Below are positions 17,121-27,367 of a stretch of DNA of 44,602 nt, in pieces (the stretch's first letter is position 1; every line of letters begins with the position of its first letter). The DNA comes from an uncultured Spirochaetaceae bacterium (GTDB lineage Bacteria; Spirochaetota; Spirochaetia; SZUA-6; DRHE01), in the NCBI GenBank assembly GCA_964389305.1, contig CAYMEK010000018.1:22203-66804 (forward strand). Direction: 5' to 3'. The notes under the pieces were generated by a model, which searched no databases, had not been told where the DNA came from, and was given only the letters and a program-made list of their open reading frames with translations. A program made the translations under genes and the position numbers.

Positions 17121-19118
17121 ATGGAGGCAGCAGATACGAATGCGGCAGATGCGGCCGAAGACACGCCGGTGCAGCCTCAAAACCGCAAGTACCTGGGCTC
17201 CAAGTACCGCCTGCTGGATTTTATCACCGAAACCATCCTGACCCGCACCGGAGGAATCGAGGTATTCGTCGATCCGTTCGCCGGCACCGGCGTGGTCGCC
17301 GCCGGGTTCCGGCGGTACGCCGTCAAGATCATTGCCAACGATCTGCTGTACTCCAATTACGTGGCCAACCGGGCCTTCCTGACCTCCACTCCGGCGGAGG
17401 TGGACCTGGACAGGGTGGGCGATCTGCTGGAGGAGCTGAACGCCTTGAGCCCGGTTCGAGGCTACGTTTTCGCCAGCTACGGCGGCAGCTACTTCACGCC
17501 CGAAAACGCCGCCAAGATCGATGCGGTGCGGGAGGCCATCGCCTCGTACCGGCGGGCCGGGCGCTGCAGCGAGCAGGAAGGCTACCTGCTGCTCACCAGC
17601 CTGCTGCTGGCGGCGGACAAGGCGGCCAACACGGTCGGGCAGTACGACGCTTTTCTCAAGCACCTAGACGCTCGCTCCGACGGCCGCCCGGAGGGCCCGG
17701 ATCAGGAGCGCTGCGGCAGGCACCTGGTCGACGGCAATGTGCGAAAGCCCCTGCACCTCAGGCTTCCGGCCGTGGAGCTGGAGGGAAACGGCGGAAACGA
17801 AGTCTACAACGAGGACGCCAACCAGCTTCTCCGGAGGCTTGCGGCGGACGTTTTGTACCTCGATCCTCCCTACAACAGCCGGCAGTATATCGACTGCTAC
17901 CATGTGCTGGAGAATATCATGCGCTGGGACAAGCCGAAGCTGTACGGCAAGACTCGCAAGTTCAGGCGGGAGCAGCTCAAGAGCCGCTACTCCCGCAAGA
18001 ACCAGGCCGCCGGGGCCCTGGCAGAGCTGGTCCAGGCGGCCCGGGCGCGGCACATATACTTGAGCTACAACAGCGAAGGTCTCATCAGCGACGCCGAGAT
18101 CGAGGAAATCCTGGCCAGCAGGGGCCCGGTGGAGGTGTTGGAGAAGCCGTACCCGGTTTTCGGAAACGGAGCGGGCAGCTCCCGCAAGCGTGTGATCAGC
18201 GAGCGGATCTTTTACTGCCGGGTGAGCCGGCCGGGCGCCTTCTCGGGCAGGAAGATCGAGCTGTTCACCGCGGGCGGGCAGAGCCGGGGCTACTATTCAC
18301 CCCGGAATCGTCTGAACGATCTGACCGGCAAGGAATGGGTCTACTGGAGCAAGAGCGTAATCAACAAGCCGTATCCCCCGAATCTGCAGCACAGGCTGCG
18401 CTCACGCCACGGCGGACAGAAACCTCCCGACCTGTGCGGGGACCTGATCGAGGTTTTCACCAAACGGGGCCAGCGGGTTCTCGATCCCTTCGCCGGCGTC
18501 GGGGGGACCCTCCTGGGAGCGAGCTTGAGAGGAAGGAAAGCGGTCGGTATCGAGCTCAACCCGCAGTGGGTCGAGATCTACCGCCGGGTATGCGCTCTGG
18601 AGAAAATCCCCGAGCAGACGATGATCTGCGGGGACAGCCGCAGCGAGCTTGTTCGGCTCGCCGAGCAGGAAGCCGAACGGGACAGGGCCTTCGATCTCAT
18701 CCTGACGGATGTCCCCTACTGGCGGATGGATCGGGCCCGGCGCAGCCGGGGAAAGTTCAAGCGGGTGGGAGAGCCTCAGCGAGAGCGCCGTCTGTCCAAG
18801 CTGGCGGCCTTCAACGACGGCAGCTATCAAAGCAAGGAGCAGTGGCTCGGGCAGCTGCAGGAAGTGTTTCAGGCTTCGATCCGCCTCCTCAAGCCCAAAG
18901 GCTACCTGGTCGTATTCATCGGCGATATGTACCACTCCGGCCGCTACCATTTCCTCAGCGCAGACCTGTCCGCCGCGCTATCTGCTCTCGGGCTGACCCT
19001 CAAGGGTAATCTCATCTGGTACGATGTCAGCAAGTCCCTGCACGTGTACGGATACCAGTACGAGTATATTCCCTCCCTGATTCACCAGAGCATCCTGGTA
19101 TTTCGCAAAGAGCAATAA
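17121..19118 (+). CDS. Fused double DNA methyltransferase: an N-terminal D12-class (Dam-like, alpha group) N6-adenine methyltransferase domain plus a C-terminal gamma-type N6A/N4C methyltransferase domain (PF01555-like)
   Basis: 665 aa. Domain 1 has KYLGSKYRLLDFI, motif I DPFAGTGVV and motif IV LYLDPPYNS. Domain 2 has motif X HGGQKPPDL, motif I VLDPFAGVGGT, an atypical motif IV LILTDVPYW, and LLKPKGYLVVFIGD. No restriction endonuclease gene is adjacent. Confidence 0.85.
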   Translation: MEAADTNAADAAEDTPVQPQNRKYLGSKYRLLDFITETILTRTGGIEVFVDPFAGTGVVAAGFRRYAVKIIANDLLYSNYVANRAFLTSTPAEVDLDRVGDLLEELNALSPVRGYVFASYGGSYFTPENAAKIDAVREAIASYRRAGRCSEQEGYLLLTSLLLAADKAANTVGQYDAFLKHLDARSDGRPEGPDQERCGRHLVDGNVRKPLHLRLPAVELEGNGGNEVYNEDANQLLRRLAADVLYLDPPYNSRQYIDCYHVLENIMRWDKPKLYGKTRKFRREQLKSRYSRKNQAAGALAELVQAARARHIYLSYNSEGLISDAEIEEILASRGPVEVLEKPYPVFGNGAGSSRKRVISERIFYCRVSRPGAFSGRKIELFTAGGQSRGYYSPRNRLNDLTGKEWVYWSKSVINKPYPPNLQHRLRSRHGGQKPPDLCGDLIEVFTKRGQRVLDPFAGVGGTLLGASLRGRKAVGIELNPQWVEIYRRVCALEKIPEQTMICGDSRSELVRLAEQEAERDRAFDLILTDVPYWRMDRARRSRGKFKRVGEPQRERRLSKLAAFNDGSYQSKEQWLGQLQEVFQASIRLLKPKGYLVVFIGDMYHSGRYHFLSADLSAALSALGLTLKGNLIWYDVSKSLHVYGYQYEYIPSLIHQSILVFRKEQ

Positions 19119-19139
19119 AGCGCTACAATAGGGATACAT

Positions 19140-20489
19140 ATGGCAGGGGTATTCAAGACTTACGATATTCGGGGTATATACGGAAAGGATATCGATACCG
19201 CCCTGGCCTACAGGATAGGCAGGGCCTTCGCTCGCTTCTTGAGAAAGGACTCCTATCTGCTAGGCTACGACGCCCGTACTCATTCGGAGGAGCTGTACCA
19301 GGCGCTGGGTCACGGCCTGGTGGCGGAAGGAAAAACCGTGCGGGGCATCGGCATGGTTTCCACACCGCAGCTACACTACTACCAGATGAGCGACGGTTAC
19401 GAAGGGGGGGTCATGGTAACGGCTTCCCACAATCCGCCGGAGTATCATGGATTCAAGCTCTACGGAAGCGAAGGAGGTTCGATCAGCTACGACAAGGGCC
19501 TGCGCGACATCGAGCAGATCGTATCCGACCTGGAGGAGGAACCGGCGCTTCCGGGAGGATCGTTCGAAGAGGTCGATCGCATCGAGGAGTACGTCGATTT
19601 CATCAGCGCTCCGCTGAAAGGCCGGAAGATCGGTTTGAAAGTAGTCATCGACGTGGGCAACGGCTCCGCCGGGCGTGTTTTTCGCAGCCTGAGTGAGAGA
19701 CTGGGTCTGGATGCCCATATTCTGAACGAGCAGCCGGACGGCTCGTTCCTCAACCGCGATCCCAATCCACTCAAAGCGGAGAGCAGGCTTCATGCGGCCG
19801 CCAAGGTGCTCGAGCTCGGGGCCGAGATCGGCGCTCTTCTGGATGGAGACGGGGACAGGGTCGTCTTTCTGGACGAGCACGGCGAGAGCGTCGAAAACTA
19901 CTACGTCGCGGCCCTGATTGCCGAACAGCTCCTGGCCGAGCACCCCGGCGCGGCCGTCGTTTACGACTTGATCTCCTCTCGGGCTCTTCCCGAGCGCATC
20001 GAAGAGCTGGGAGGAAAGCCGGTGGTCTCGAGGGTGGGTTATACGTTTATCTACGACGCCATGGTCGAAAGCCGGGCGGTCTTCGGGGCCGAAACCTCAG
20101 GACACGGTTATTTCAAGGTCACCGACAGCTACTACACGGAATCCGCCGCCTACGGCCTGGCTGTGCTTATAAAGCTGCTGCAAAGCCGGGAGATGCCCCT
20201 TTCCGAGCTGCTGGCTCCACTGCGCCGGCGCTATGCGCAGTCGGGGGAGATCAACATCGAGGTCTCCGACAAGGACAGAGTGATGGAGGCGGTGGAGCGT
20301 CATTTCACCGGGACGGGAGCCAGGGTCAGCAAGCTCGATGGGCTGAGCGTAGAGTTCGGCGAGTACTGGTTCAATGTACGTCCGAGCAACACCGAGCCGT
20401 TGATTCGTTTGCGCCTGGAGGCGGTCAACCGGGAAACCGCGGAGAGCAAAAGCCGAGAGATAGCCGCGCTCCTGCGAGGGTTCGCCTGA
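19140..20489 (+). CDS. Phosphomannomutase/phosphoglucomutase (alpha-D-phosphohexomutase family)
   Basis: 449 aa. The active-site loop is GVMVTASHNPPEYHGFKL. The N-terminus KTYDIRGIYGKDI and the GDGDR metal-binding loop are present. Confidence 0.9.
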   Translation: MAGVFKTYDIRGIYGKDIDTALAYRIGRAFARFLRKDSYLLGYDARTHSEELYQALGHGLVAEGKTVRGIGMVSTPQLHYYQMSDGYEGGVMVTASHNPPEYHGFKLYGSEGGSISYDKGLRDIEQIVSDLEEEPALPGGSFEEVDRIEEYVDFISAPLKGRKIGLKVVIDVGNGSAGRVFRSLSERLGLDAHILNEQPDGSFLNRDPNPLKAESRLHAAAKVLELGAEIGALLDGDGDRVVFLDEHGESVENYYVAALIAEQLLAEHPGAAVVYDLISSRALPERIEELGGKPVVSRVGYTFIYDAMVESRAVFGAETSGHGYFKVTDSYYTESAAYGLAVLIKLLQSREMPLSELLAPLRRRYAQSGEINIEVSDKDRVMEAVERHFTGTGARVSKLDGLSVEFGEYWFNVRPSNTEPLIRLRLEAVNRETAESKSREIAALLRGFA

Positions 20490-20499
20490 GCGTCAGCCC

Positions 20500-22458
20500 A
20501 TGAGTGAGAAGGATAGCGGTTCGCTTCCCGACATCCCGGCGAATCGAGGCGGCTGCGGCGAGAGCTCCGGCATAGAGATAGACGGGTTGTTCACTGCTTC
20601 CCTGGAGGCGACGGCCGACGGCATTCTGGTAGTGGACAACCACGGGCGGTTAGTTCTGTCCAATAGCCGTTTCGCCGAGATGTGGCGAGTCCCCGAGGAG
20701 TTGATCCGGGAGAGGGACGATCTGAAGATCCGCGAGTTCGTCATGAATCAGCTGGTCGATCCCCCCGCCTATATAGAGAAAATTCGCGTTCTTTACGGAA
20801 GGAAGGACGAAGAGATCGATGAGCTGGTGTTCAAAGACGGCAGGATCTTCGAACGATTTTCTGCTCCTCTGGTCATCGGGGGGCGGATCGCCGGCCGGGT
20901 ATGGAGCTTCCGGGATATAACCGCCTACAGGGACGCCCAGAGGCGCCTGGAGCACAGCGAAGAGAAATACAGGGACCTGGTGGAGAACGCCAACAGCATC
21001 ATTCTGCGCTGGGACATCAACGGTATCATCACCTTTATCAATGAGTACGGACAGCGGCTGCTGGGCTTCAGCAGCGAGGAAATTGTGGGCCGGTCCGTAC
21101 TCGGAACAATCGTGGCGGACAGGGAATCGACCGGCCGGGACCTGGTATCCATGATCGAGGGGATCAAGGACAGGCCGGAGGAGTTTATCTACAACGAAAA
21201 CGAGAACGTCACCAAAGATGGACGGTCCGTATGGATTTCCTGGTCGAACAAGCCGATCTACAACGAGGCCGGCCGGCTGGTGGGGATCTTGAGCATCGGC
21301 AACGATATTACCGAGCGCAAGAAACTGGAGCAGCAGCTTTTCCAGGCTCAAAAAATGGAGGCGGTGGGTCAGCTCGCCGGGGGGATCGCCCACGACTTCA
21401 ACAATATGCTGATGGTGATAAACGGCTACTGCGAGCTGCTTCTCGATGAGCTTCAGGGAGACAGCGCTGTACGAAGGGAAGTGGAGCAGATAAAGGCCAC
21501 TTCCTCCCAGGCTGCGGCCCTCACGAGGCAGCTTCTGGCCTTCGGCCGCCGGCAGGTTGCCCAACCGAAGCTGATCAATCTCAACAGTCTTTTACAGAAC
21601 ATCCAGAATATGATCCGCAGGCTGATCGGGGACAGCAGGGAGCTGGAGATCGACAGCGCATCGGAGCCTCTTTATATTTATGCCGATCCGATCCAGGTGG
21701 AGCAGGTAGTTCTGAATCTGGCCGCCAATGCCCGGGATGCGATGCCCGGCGGGGGCAGGCTGATTATCGAGACCCGGGCGGCCGACGTGGGTGAGCTGAG
21801 AAGCGACGAGCTGTACATGGTCAATCCGGGCGGTTACGTGCTCTGCTCGGTACGTGACACCGGTATCGGCATGTCCAAGGAAACACTGGCGCATATCTTC
21901 GAGCCCTTTTTCACTACCAAGGAACCGGCCAAGGGAACCGGCCTGGGCCTTTCCACGGTATATGGAATCGTAAAGCAGAACGAGGGCTACGTTTTCGCCC
22001 ACAGCGAACCGGGCAGGGGAAGCGCCTTCACGGTTTATTTCCCCCGCATCGGTGAGGAGGAGCTGATCGGCAGCGAAGAAGCCCAGGTATCCGAGGCGAG
22101 GCTGCGAGGCAGGGAAAGAATCCTCCTGGTGGAAAGCGAAGCCAAGGTTCGCCGCTATACCAAAAGGGTGTTGCAGAAATATGGATATACGGTGACCGCG
22201 GCAAGCAGCGCCGCCGACGCCCTGGCTTTGTGGAAGATCCTGCACAGCAAGATCGACCTGCTGTGTACTACGGTCACGCTTTCCGACCGGCCGGGGACCG
22301 GACTAGCTGAGAATATCAGGAACATGCGGCCGGGGTTGCCGGTATTGTTGATAGGCGAGAGTGAGGACTGGGAGCCGGCCGCTCGGCTGGAATTGATCTC
22401 CAAGCCCTTCACCAGCCAGATCCTGCTGCGAAAGATTCGTAAACTCCTCGACGGTTGA
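20500..22458 (+). CDS. PAS-domain hybrid sensor histidine kinase with a degenerate C-terminal receiver
   Basis: 652 aa. It has two PAS-like segments, the HisKA H-box IAHDFNNMLMVINGY, and the HATPase_c G-boxes (DTGIGM, GTGLGLS). In the C-terminal REC-like domain, ESE replaces the acidic pair and T replaces the phospho-acceptor Asp (IDLLCTTVTLSD). Confidence 0.85.
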   Translation: MSEKDSGSLPDIPANRGGCGESSGIEIDGLFTASLEATADGILVVDNHGRLVLSNSRFAEMWRVPEELIRERDDLKIREFVMNQLVDPPAYIEKIRVLYGRKDEEIDELVFKDGRIFERFSAPLVIGGRIAGRVWSFRDITAYRDAQRRLEHSEEKYRDLVENANSIILRWDINGIITFINEYGQRLLGFSSEEIVGRSVLGTIVADRESTGRDLVSMIEGIKDRPEEFIYNENENVTKDGRSVWISWSNKPIYNEAGRLVGILSIGNDITERKKLEQQLFQAQKMEAVGQLAGGIAHDFNNMLMVINGYCELLLDELQGDSAVRREVEQIKATSSQAAALTRQLLAFGRRQVAQPKLINLNSLLQNIQNMIRRLIGDSRELEIDSASEPLYIYADPIQVEQVVLNLAANARDAMPGGGRLIIETRAADVGELRSDELYMVNPGGYVLCSVRDTGIGMSKETLAHIFEPFFTTKEPAKGTGLGLSTVYGIVKQNEGYVFAHSEPGRGSAFTVYFPRIGEEELIGSEEAQVSEARLRGRERILLVESEAKVRRYTKRVLQKYGYTVTAASSAADALALWKILHSKIDLLCTTVTLSDRPGTGLAENIRNMRPGLPVLLIGESEDWEPAARLELISKPFTSQILLRKIRKLLDG

Positions 22459-22488
22459 CAAGCGAGTGGTCAGTCCGTACGGTAAGGC

Positions 22489-23046
22489 ATGCGTATCCGC
22501 TACAACGCTCCGGTAATACTCACCTTCACTCTGCTGGCCACAGCCGTTCTGGTCATCAATCAGGTGGACGGCGGCTTCACGGCCCGCTATTTCGTCGCCT
22601 ATCCCGGCTTCCATGGCCGGCCGATCGATTTCCTGCGCCTGTTCTCCCACGTCCTGGGACACAGGGATTGGATACATCTGATGAGCAATTTCAGCTTCAT
22701 TCTGCTCATCGGTCCGGTACTGGAGGAAAAATACCGCTCCGGGCCTCTGTTCCTGATGATGGTGGTCACCGCCCTGGTTACGGGCGTACTGAACCTCGTT
22801 TTTTTCTCTACCGGATTGATGGGAGCCAGCGGGATTGTTTTCATGCTCATTCTGTTGAGTTCCTTCACCAACATCCGAACCGGGGAGATTCCGCTGACCT
22901 TTATTCTGATCGTGGTGCTGTTCCTGGCCAAGGAGTTCATCGACGCCCTGTCGCAGGACAATGTCTCCCAGTTTGCCCACGTTATCGGGGGGATTTGCGG
23001 AAGTCTGTTTGGGTTTTTTCTTACCAGGACGGGACGCAGCGCCTGA
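22489..23046 (+). CDS. Rhomboid-family intramembrane serine protease
   Basis: 185 aa with six transmembrane helices. The catalytic GASGIVF (GxSG) motif and the downstream FAHVIGGICG histidine are present. Confidence 0.8.
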   Translation: MRIRYNAPVILTFTLLATAVLVINQVDGGFTARYFVAYPGFHGRPIDFLRLFSHVLGHRDWIHLMSNFSFILLIGPVLEEKYRSGPLFLMMVVTALVTGVLNLVFFSTGLMGASGIVFMLILLSSFTNIRTGEIPLTFILIVVLFLAKEFIDALSQDNVSQFAHVIGGICGSLFGFFLTRTGRSA

Positions 23047-23095
23047 GCCGCCCCCGGATTGAACGGGCATCTTAATTTTGATACCTTAGCAACAG

Positions 23096-24181
23096 ATGCA
23101 CGAGAGCGCTATATTCGAGAAACTGGACAGGATGCAGCGACGCTATCAGGAGCTGCAGGAACAGGTTTCGGACCCGGAAGTGCTCAAGGATCAGAAGCGC
23201 TACCGCGAGCTGATGCAGGAACTGGCCGGGCTGGAGAACATAGTGGAGGAGTATTTCAGCCATCAGAAGCTGAACGCCGAGATCAAGGGTACCGAGGAGC
23301 TGATCGAGGAAGGCGGAGAGGGGGAGCTTATCAGCCTGGCCCGGGAGGAGCTGAAAGGCTTGAAGGAGAAGCGCGAACAGAGCCTCCACAAGCTGAAGAT
23401 GCTGCTGGTGCCCAAAGATCCCCTGGATCTCAAAAACATCATCATGGAGGTGCGGGCCGGCACCGGCGGAGAGGAAGCGGCGTTGTTTGCCGCCGACCTT
23501 TTCCGCATGTATTCGCGGTATGCCGAGTCCAGGCGATGGAATATCGAGATCCTCAGCTCCCACCAGACCGAAATCGGCGGCTTCAAGGAGGTAATTTTCT
23601 CCATCACCGGTAAGAGCGTGTACGAGAGTCTGCGCTACGAGAGCGGGGTACACCGGGTGCAGCGGGTGCCGGTTACGGAGGCGGGGGGACGCATCCACAC
23701 CTCCGCAGTAACCGTAGCGGTGCTGCCGGAAGCGGAGCCCACGGAGATAGCCATCCACCCGGAAGATTTACGAGTCGATGTTTATCGCTCTTCGGGCCCG
23801 GGGGGACAGAGTGTGAACACCACGGATTCGGCGGTACGGATCACGCACCTGCCGACCGGTATGGTGGTTACCTGCCAGGATGAGAAGTCCCAGCATAAGA
23901 ACAAAGCCAAGGCGCTGCGGGTGCTGCGGGCCAGGTTGTTCGAGAAGGAGGAGGAGAAGAAGCACGCCGAGCGGGCCGCCGCCCGCAGGGTACAGGTCGG
24001 CTCTGGAGACCGTTCGGAACGTATCCGCACCTACAACTTCCCGCAGAACCGCTTGACCGATCATCGCATCAACCTCACCCTCTACCGCCTCGAGGAGGTG
24101 ATGCTGGGCGACCTGGATCCGATCATCGAGGCGCTCAAGCTCAGCGCCCGGGAGGAATATCTCAAGAAGCTGGCAGTATGA
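23096..24181 (+). CDS. prfA: Peptide chain release factor 1
   Basis: 361 aa. The GGQ motif ([24 protein letters not shown]) and the RF1-specific PVT tripeptide ([17 protein letters not shown]) are both present. Confidence 0.95.
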   Translation: MHESAIFEKLDRMQRRYQELQEQVSDPEVLKDQKRYRELMQELAGLENIVEEYFSHQKLNAEIKGTEELIEEGGEGELISLAREELKGLKEKREQSLHKLKMLLVPKDPLDLKNIIMEVRAGTGGEEAALFAADLFRMYSRYAESRRWNIEILSSHQTEIGGFKEVIFSITGKSVYESLRYESGVHRVQRVPVTEAGGRIHTSAVTVAVLPEAEPTEIAIHPEDLRVDVYRSSGPGGQSVNTTDSAVRITHLPTGMVVTCQDEKSQHKNKAKALRVLRARLFEKEEEKKHAERAAARRVQVGSGDRSERIRTYNFPQNRLTDHRINLTLYRLEEVMLGDLDPIIEALKLSAREEYLKKLAV

Positions 24182-25083
24182 ACATAGCCGCCGCTCTCCA
24201 GCAGGGGAAAAGCCGTCTGTTCTACGCTGAGGTGGAAACGCCGCTTCTGGACGCCACGCTGCTGCTCTCCGAGGCGCTGGGAAAGAGCAAAGAGCTGCTG
24301 CTCGCCTCCCTTCCCGATCCGGTGGCCGAAGAGGGCCTGCAGCGTTTCCACAGCTTCCTGCAGATGCGCTGTTCGGGGCTGCCGGTCTCCTACATCCGCC
24401 GCAAGAAGGAGTTCTACAGCCTGGAGTTCTACGTGGACGAGCGGGTGATGGTACCCCGTCCGGAAACCGAGCTGCTGGTGGAGGAGGCGCTGGCCATCCT
24501 GAAGGCGGATCCCGGGCTGAAGCGGGTACACGACGCCTGTACGGGAAGCGGCTGTGTGGCCGTGGCGTTGAAAAGCTCTCTGCCCGAGCTCGAGGTTTCC
24601 GCCTCGGATTTCCTGCCGGAAGCCCTGGAGGTGGCCGCAATCAATATCCGGCGGCTGCTGCAACCGCCTGATCGAGGCCGCTTCGCCCGGCGGTTGCGGC
24701 GCCGAACTCCCGTCAGGCTGCACCGTTCGGACCTGCTGTCCCGGGTTCCCGAGCGGTATGACCTGATCACGGCCAATCCCCCGTACCTTAGCGACCTGGA
24801 GGCGGAGAATATGAGGAAAGCGGGCTGGCCAGAGCCGCAGATCGCCCTCCGTGGGGGCGCCGACGGCACGGATCTGCTGCGGCGCCTGATTCGCCAGGCC
24901 CCCCGGAAGCTGAGCTCATCGGGCTACCTTCTTCTGGAAGCGGCGGCAGGGCAGATGAAGGGGCTAGCCGGTGAGCTGGCCGCCCAGGGATTCGAAGAGA
25001 TCGTCGTCGCGCCGGATCTGGCCGGGCGCGACAGGTTGATCAGGGGAAGGTTGGGTTCCTATGGCGGAGACCGGCGTGCGTAG
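24178..25083 (+). CDS. prmC: Release factor glutamine N5-methyltransferase PrmC/HemK
   Basis: 301 aa. The start overlaps the prfA stop by 4 nt. Motifs are [12 protein letters not shown] (SAM binding) and LITANPPYL (NPPY). Confidence 0.9.
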   Translation: MNIAAALQQGKSRLFYAEVETPLLDATLLLSEALGKSKELLLASLPDPVAEEGLQRFHSFLQMRCSGLPVSYIRRKKEFYSLEFYVDERVMVPRPETELLVEEALAILKADPGLKRVHDACTGSGCVAVALKSSLPELEVSASDFLPEALEVAAINIRRLLQPPDRGRFARRLRRRTPVRLHRSDLLSRVPERYDLITANPPYLSDLEAENMRKAGWPEPQIALRGGADGTDLLRRLIRQAPRKLSSSGYLLLEAAAGQMKGLAGELAAQGFEEIVVAPDLAGRDRLIRGRLGSYGGDRRA

Positions 25084-27112
25084 CCTGATCCAGGATTTCT
25101 CGCGCAAGCTGGAGCGCTATACCGAAGAAGAGCGCAGGAAGATTTTCTCGGCCCTGCGCTGGGGTGAAGGGCTGCACCACAATCAGAAGAGGGCCAGCGG
25201 GGAGCCCTTCATCATACACCCCTTGCGGGTGGCGGAGATTCTGGTCGACGCTCACCTGGACTTCCAGACCGTAATCGCAGCACTTCTGCACGACGCTCTG
25301 GAAGACACCGGCCTGTCCTCCCGGGAGCTGCGCAAGGAGTACGGACGCGAGGTGGAAGCCCTGGTCCAGGGGGTCACCAAGATTTCGGTGATCCGGGGCC
25401 GCAGCAAAACCACCCAGGCTGCGGCCTCGATCCGCAAGATGCTGTTCGCCATGGTCAAGGACATCCGGGTGATAATGATCAAGCTGGCGGACAAGCTGCA
25501 CAACATGCGCACCCTGGAGTATCTTGCTCCCGGCAGCCAGAAGCGCATCGCCGCCGAGTGTTTGGAGATCTACGCTCCTCTGGCCGGGCGGCTGGGCATG
25601 TCGCGGATCAAGAACGAGCTGGAAGACCTGGCCTTGAAGGTGCTCCATCCCCGAGCCTACGAGCAGATCGATCACTTCGTGCAGGAGAGGCAAGAAGATC
25701 TCCAGGAGTTCCTGAGCTCCATGGAGCAGAGCATCCGCCTGGAAGCCGAGAAGGCCGGGATACCGGTCGAGATGGAAAGCCGGGTCAAGCACTACTACTC
25801 GATGTACCGTAAGATCAAGAAAACCGGCAGGATCATCGACGAGATATACGACCTGGCGGGGATGCGTATCCTCTGCAACACCCCAGGGCAGTGCTACGAG
25901 CTTCTGGGCATCCTGCACAGTCTCTGGAAGCCGATCGAGGGACGCTTCAAGGACTACATCGCCATGCCCAAGTCCAACCTCTATCAGAGCCTGCACACCA
26001 CGGTGATGGGTCCCGCGGGCAAGATGCTGGAGGTGCAGATCCGCACCCACCAGATGCACCGGACCGCCGAGGAGGGCATTGCGGCTCACTGGCTGTACAA
26101 GCGGGAGCTGGCGGGGGAGAGCTTCAAGCCCGAGCAGCTTACCATCATCAACATGCTGAAAAGCTGGGACTCCTCCAGCGTCGCTTCACCGGATTTTCTC
26201 GAAGAAATCAAGCGGGAGCTGCTCAAGGATTCGATCTACGTTTTTACGCCCCGGGGAGACATCATCGAGCTGCCCCGGGGCGCCACCGCTCTAGATTTCG
26301 CCTACCATATCCACACCGAGATCGGCAACCATTGCCAGGCGGCCAAGGCCGACGGCAACCTGGTGAGGCTGAACGAGGAGCTGCGAAACACCCAGGTCAT
26401 CGAGATCGTTACCGCCCCTTCCGCCCACCCGCACCTGAACTGGCTGCGCTTCGTGCGTACCTCCCGGGCGCGTTCCAAGATCAGGCACTGGCTCCTGCAG
26501 AACGAGCCCAACCTGATCATCGACCGCAACATCGTGGCCAAGAAGAAAGCCTCCGGCTCCGCCGGGGAGCGGGATACCGGGGCCGGCCGGGAGGCTCCGG
26601 TGCAGGGCAAGCCGGGTCGGCGCTGGCGGGGACGGCTGGAGAGCGAGACTCAGGTTCGAGATTCGACAAAGGTGGGTATCCGTATCGGGGAGGAGCGTAA
26701 CCTGATGATCCACCTGGCCGGCTGCTGCCGGCCCGCTTCCGGTGATCCGATCGTAGGCTACGTTTCCCGCGGCCGGGGCATCATCGTGCACCGGGCCTCC
26801 TGTCCAAACCTGGCCTATATAAAGGATTTCGCCGAACGGAATCTGGAAGTAGAATGGGAGACGGTCAGCTCCAAAGCCACCCGGCGCTTCGAGGTCACCG
26901 CCCGCCAGACCACCAATCTCTTCTCCGAGGTCGAGGGGGCGATCAAGAAGTTCCACGGCCACCTGATCGAAGGCAAGCTGGAGGAAAACGCGCCTGAGAC
27001 GCTGCAGGGCTTCTTCACCGTGGAATTGGACAACGGCAAAGACTTCGATCGGGTATTGAAGAGCCTGCGTACCATCCCTTCGGTGCAGCAGATACGTCCG
27101 GTAAGCGGCTGA
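25061..27112 (+). CDS. rel: Bifunctional (p)ppGpp synthetase/hydrolase Rel (RelA/SpoT homolog)
   Basis: 683 aa. It has the HD hydrolase motif (HPLRVAEIL ... LLHDALEDT), the synthetase region (YQSLHTTV), a TGS domain (IYVFTPRGDIIELPRGATALDFAYHIHTEIG), and a C-terminal ACT-like domain after a low-complexity linker. Confidence 0.9.
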   Translation: MAETGVRSLIQDFSRKLERYTEEERRKIFSALRWGEGLHHNQKRASGEPFIIHPLRVAEILVDAHLDFQTVIAALLHDALEDTGLSSRELRKEYGREVEALVQGVTKISVIRGRSKTTQAAASIRKMLFAMVKDIRVIMIKLADKLHNMRTLEYLAPGSQKRIAAECLEIYAPLAGRLGMSRIKNELEDLALKVLHPRAYEQIDHFVQERQEDLQEFLSSMEQSIRLEAEKAGIPVEMESRVKHYYSMYRKIKKTGRIIDEIYDLAGMRILCNTPGQCYELLGILHSLWKPIEGRFKDYIAMPKSNLYQSLHTTVMGPAGKMLEVQIRTHQMHRTAEEGIAAHWLYKRELAGESFKPEQLTIINMLKSWDSSSVASPDFLEEIKRELLKDSIYVFTPRGDIIELPRGATALDFAYHIHTEIGNHCQAAKADGNLVRLNEELRNTQVIEIVTAPSAHPHLNWLRFVRTSRARSKIRHWLLQNEPNLIIDRNIVAKKKASGSAGERDTGAGREAPVQGKPGRRWRGRLESETQVRDSTKVGIRIGEERNLMIHLAGCCRPASGDPIVGYVSRGRGIIVHRASCPNLAYIKDFAERNLEVEWETVSSKATRRFEVTARQTTNLFSEVEGAIKKFHGHLIEGKLEENAPETLQGFFTVELDNGKDFDRVLKSLRTIPSVQQIRPVSG

Positions 27113-27123
27113 ACCTGCTTTTC

Positions 27124-27145
27124 CCGGCCGCCTCCCGGCGGCCGG
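27124..27145 (+). terminator. GC-rich hairpin (CCGGCCGCC-tccc-GGCGGCCGG) 12 nt after the rel stop; possible terminator lacking a U-tract
   Basis: A perfect 9-bp stem with a 4-nt loop. No T-run follows it, which lowers confidence. Confidence 0.3.
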
Positions 27146-27367
27146 AAGCCTGGAAAATGTCAGAAATTCGGATCTCAATGTGATATCTATTATATTGATT
27201 GGTTAAATTTTCCGACAGCAGGTGCTTGGCGCGCCTGTCGGGAAAAACCATTCATCTGCCGACTAGGTATGATAGAGAGCCGGTCGGCATAGGGAGGGAG
27301 GGCCGCCCAGCAAAAAGTTTTCCGGTACGATTCTTGAGAAGATGATGGGAGAGGGAGAGGTGGTGCT

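Noticed and set aside
14069-19118. Interpretation of the sulfatase-fold membrane protein plus methyltransferase as a BREX-like (PglZ alkaline phosphatase plus PglX methylase) defence module
   Set aside because: PglZ is cytoplasmic and not fused to YidC or polytopic transmembrane regions. PglX is a much larger single gamma-class methyltransferase. No BrxA, BrxB, BrxC or BrxL genes are present. The sulfatase domain here has LtaS/EptA-type, extracytoplasmic features.
23768-26089. Minus-strand ORFs 23768-24640 and 25040-26089 antisense to prfA, prmC and rel
   Set aside because: The plus strand carries the GGQ/PVT, NPPY and HD/TGS motifs. The antisense translations are Pro/Arg-rich, which is implausible.
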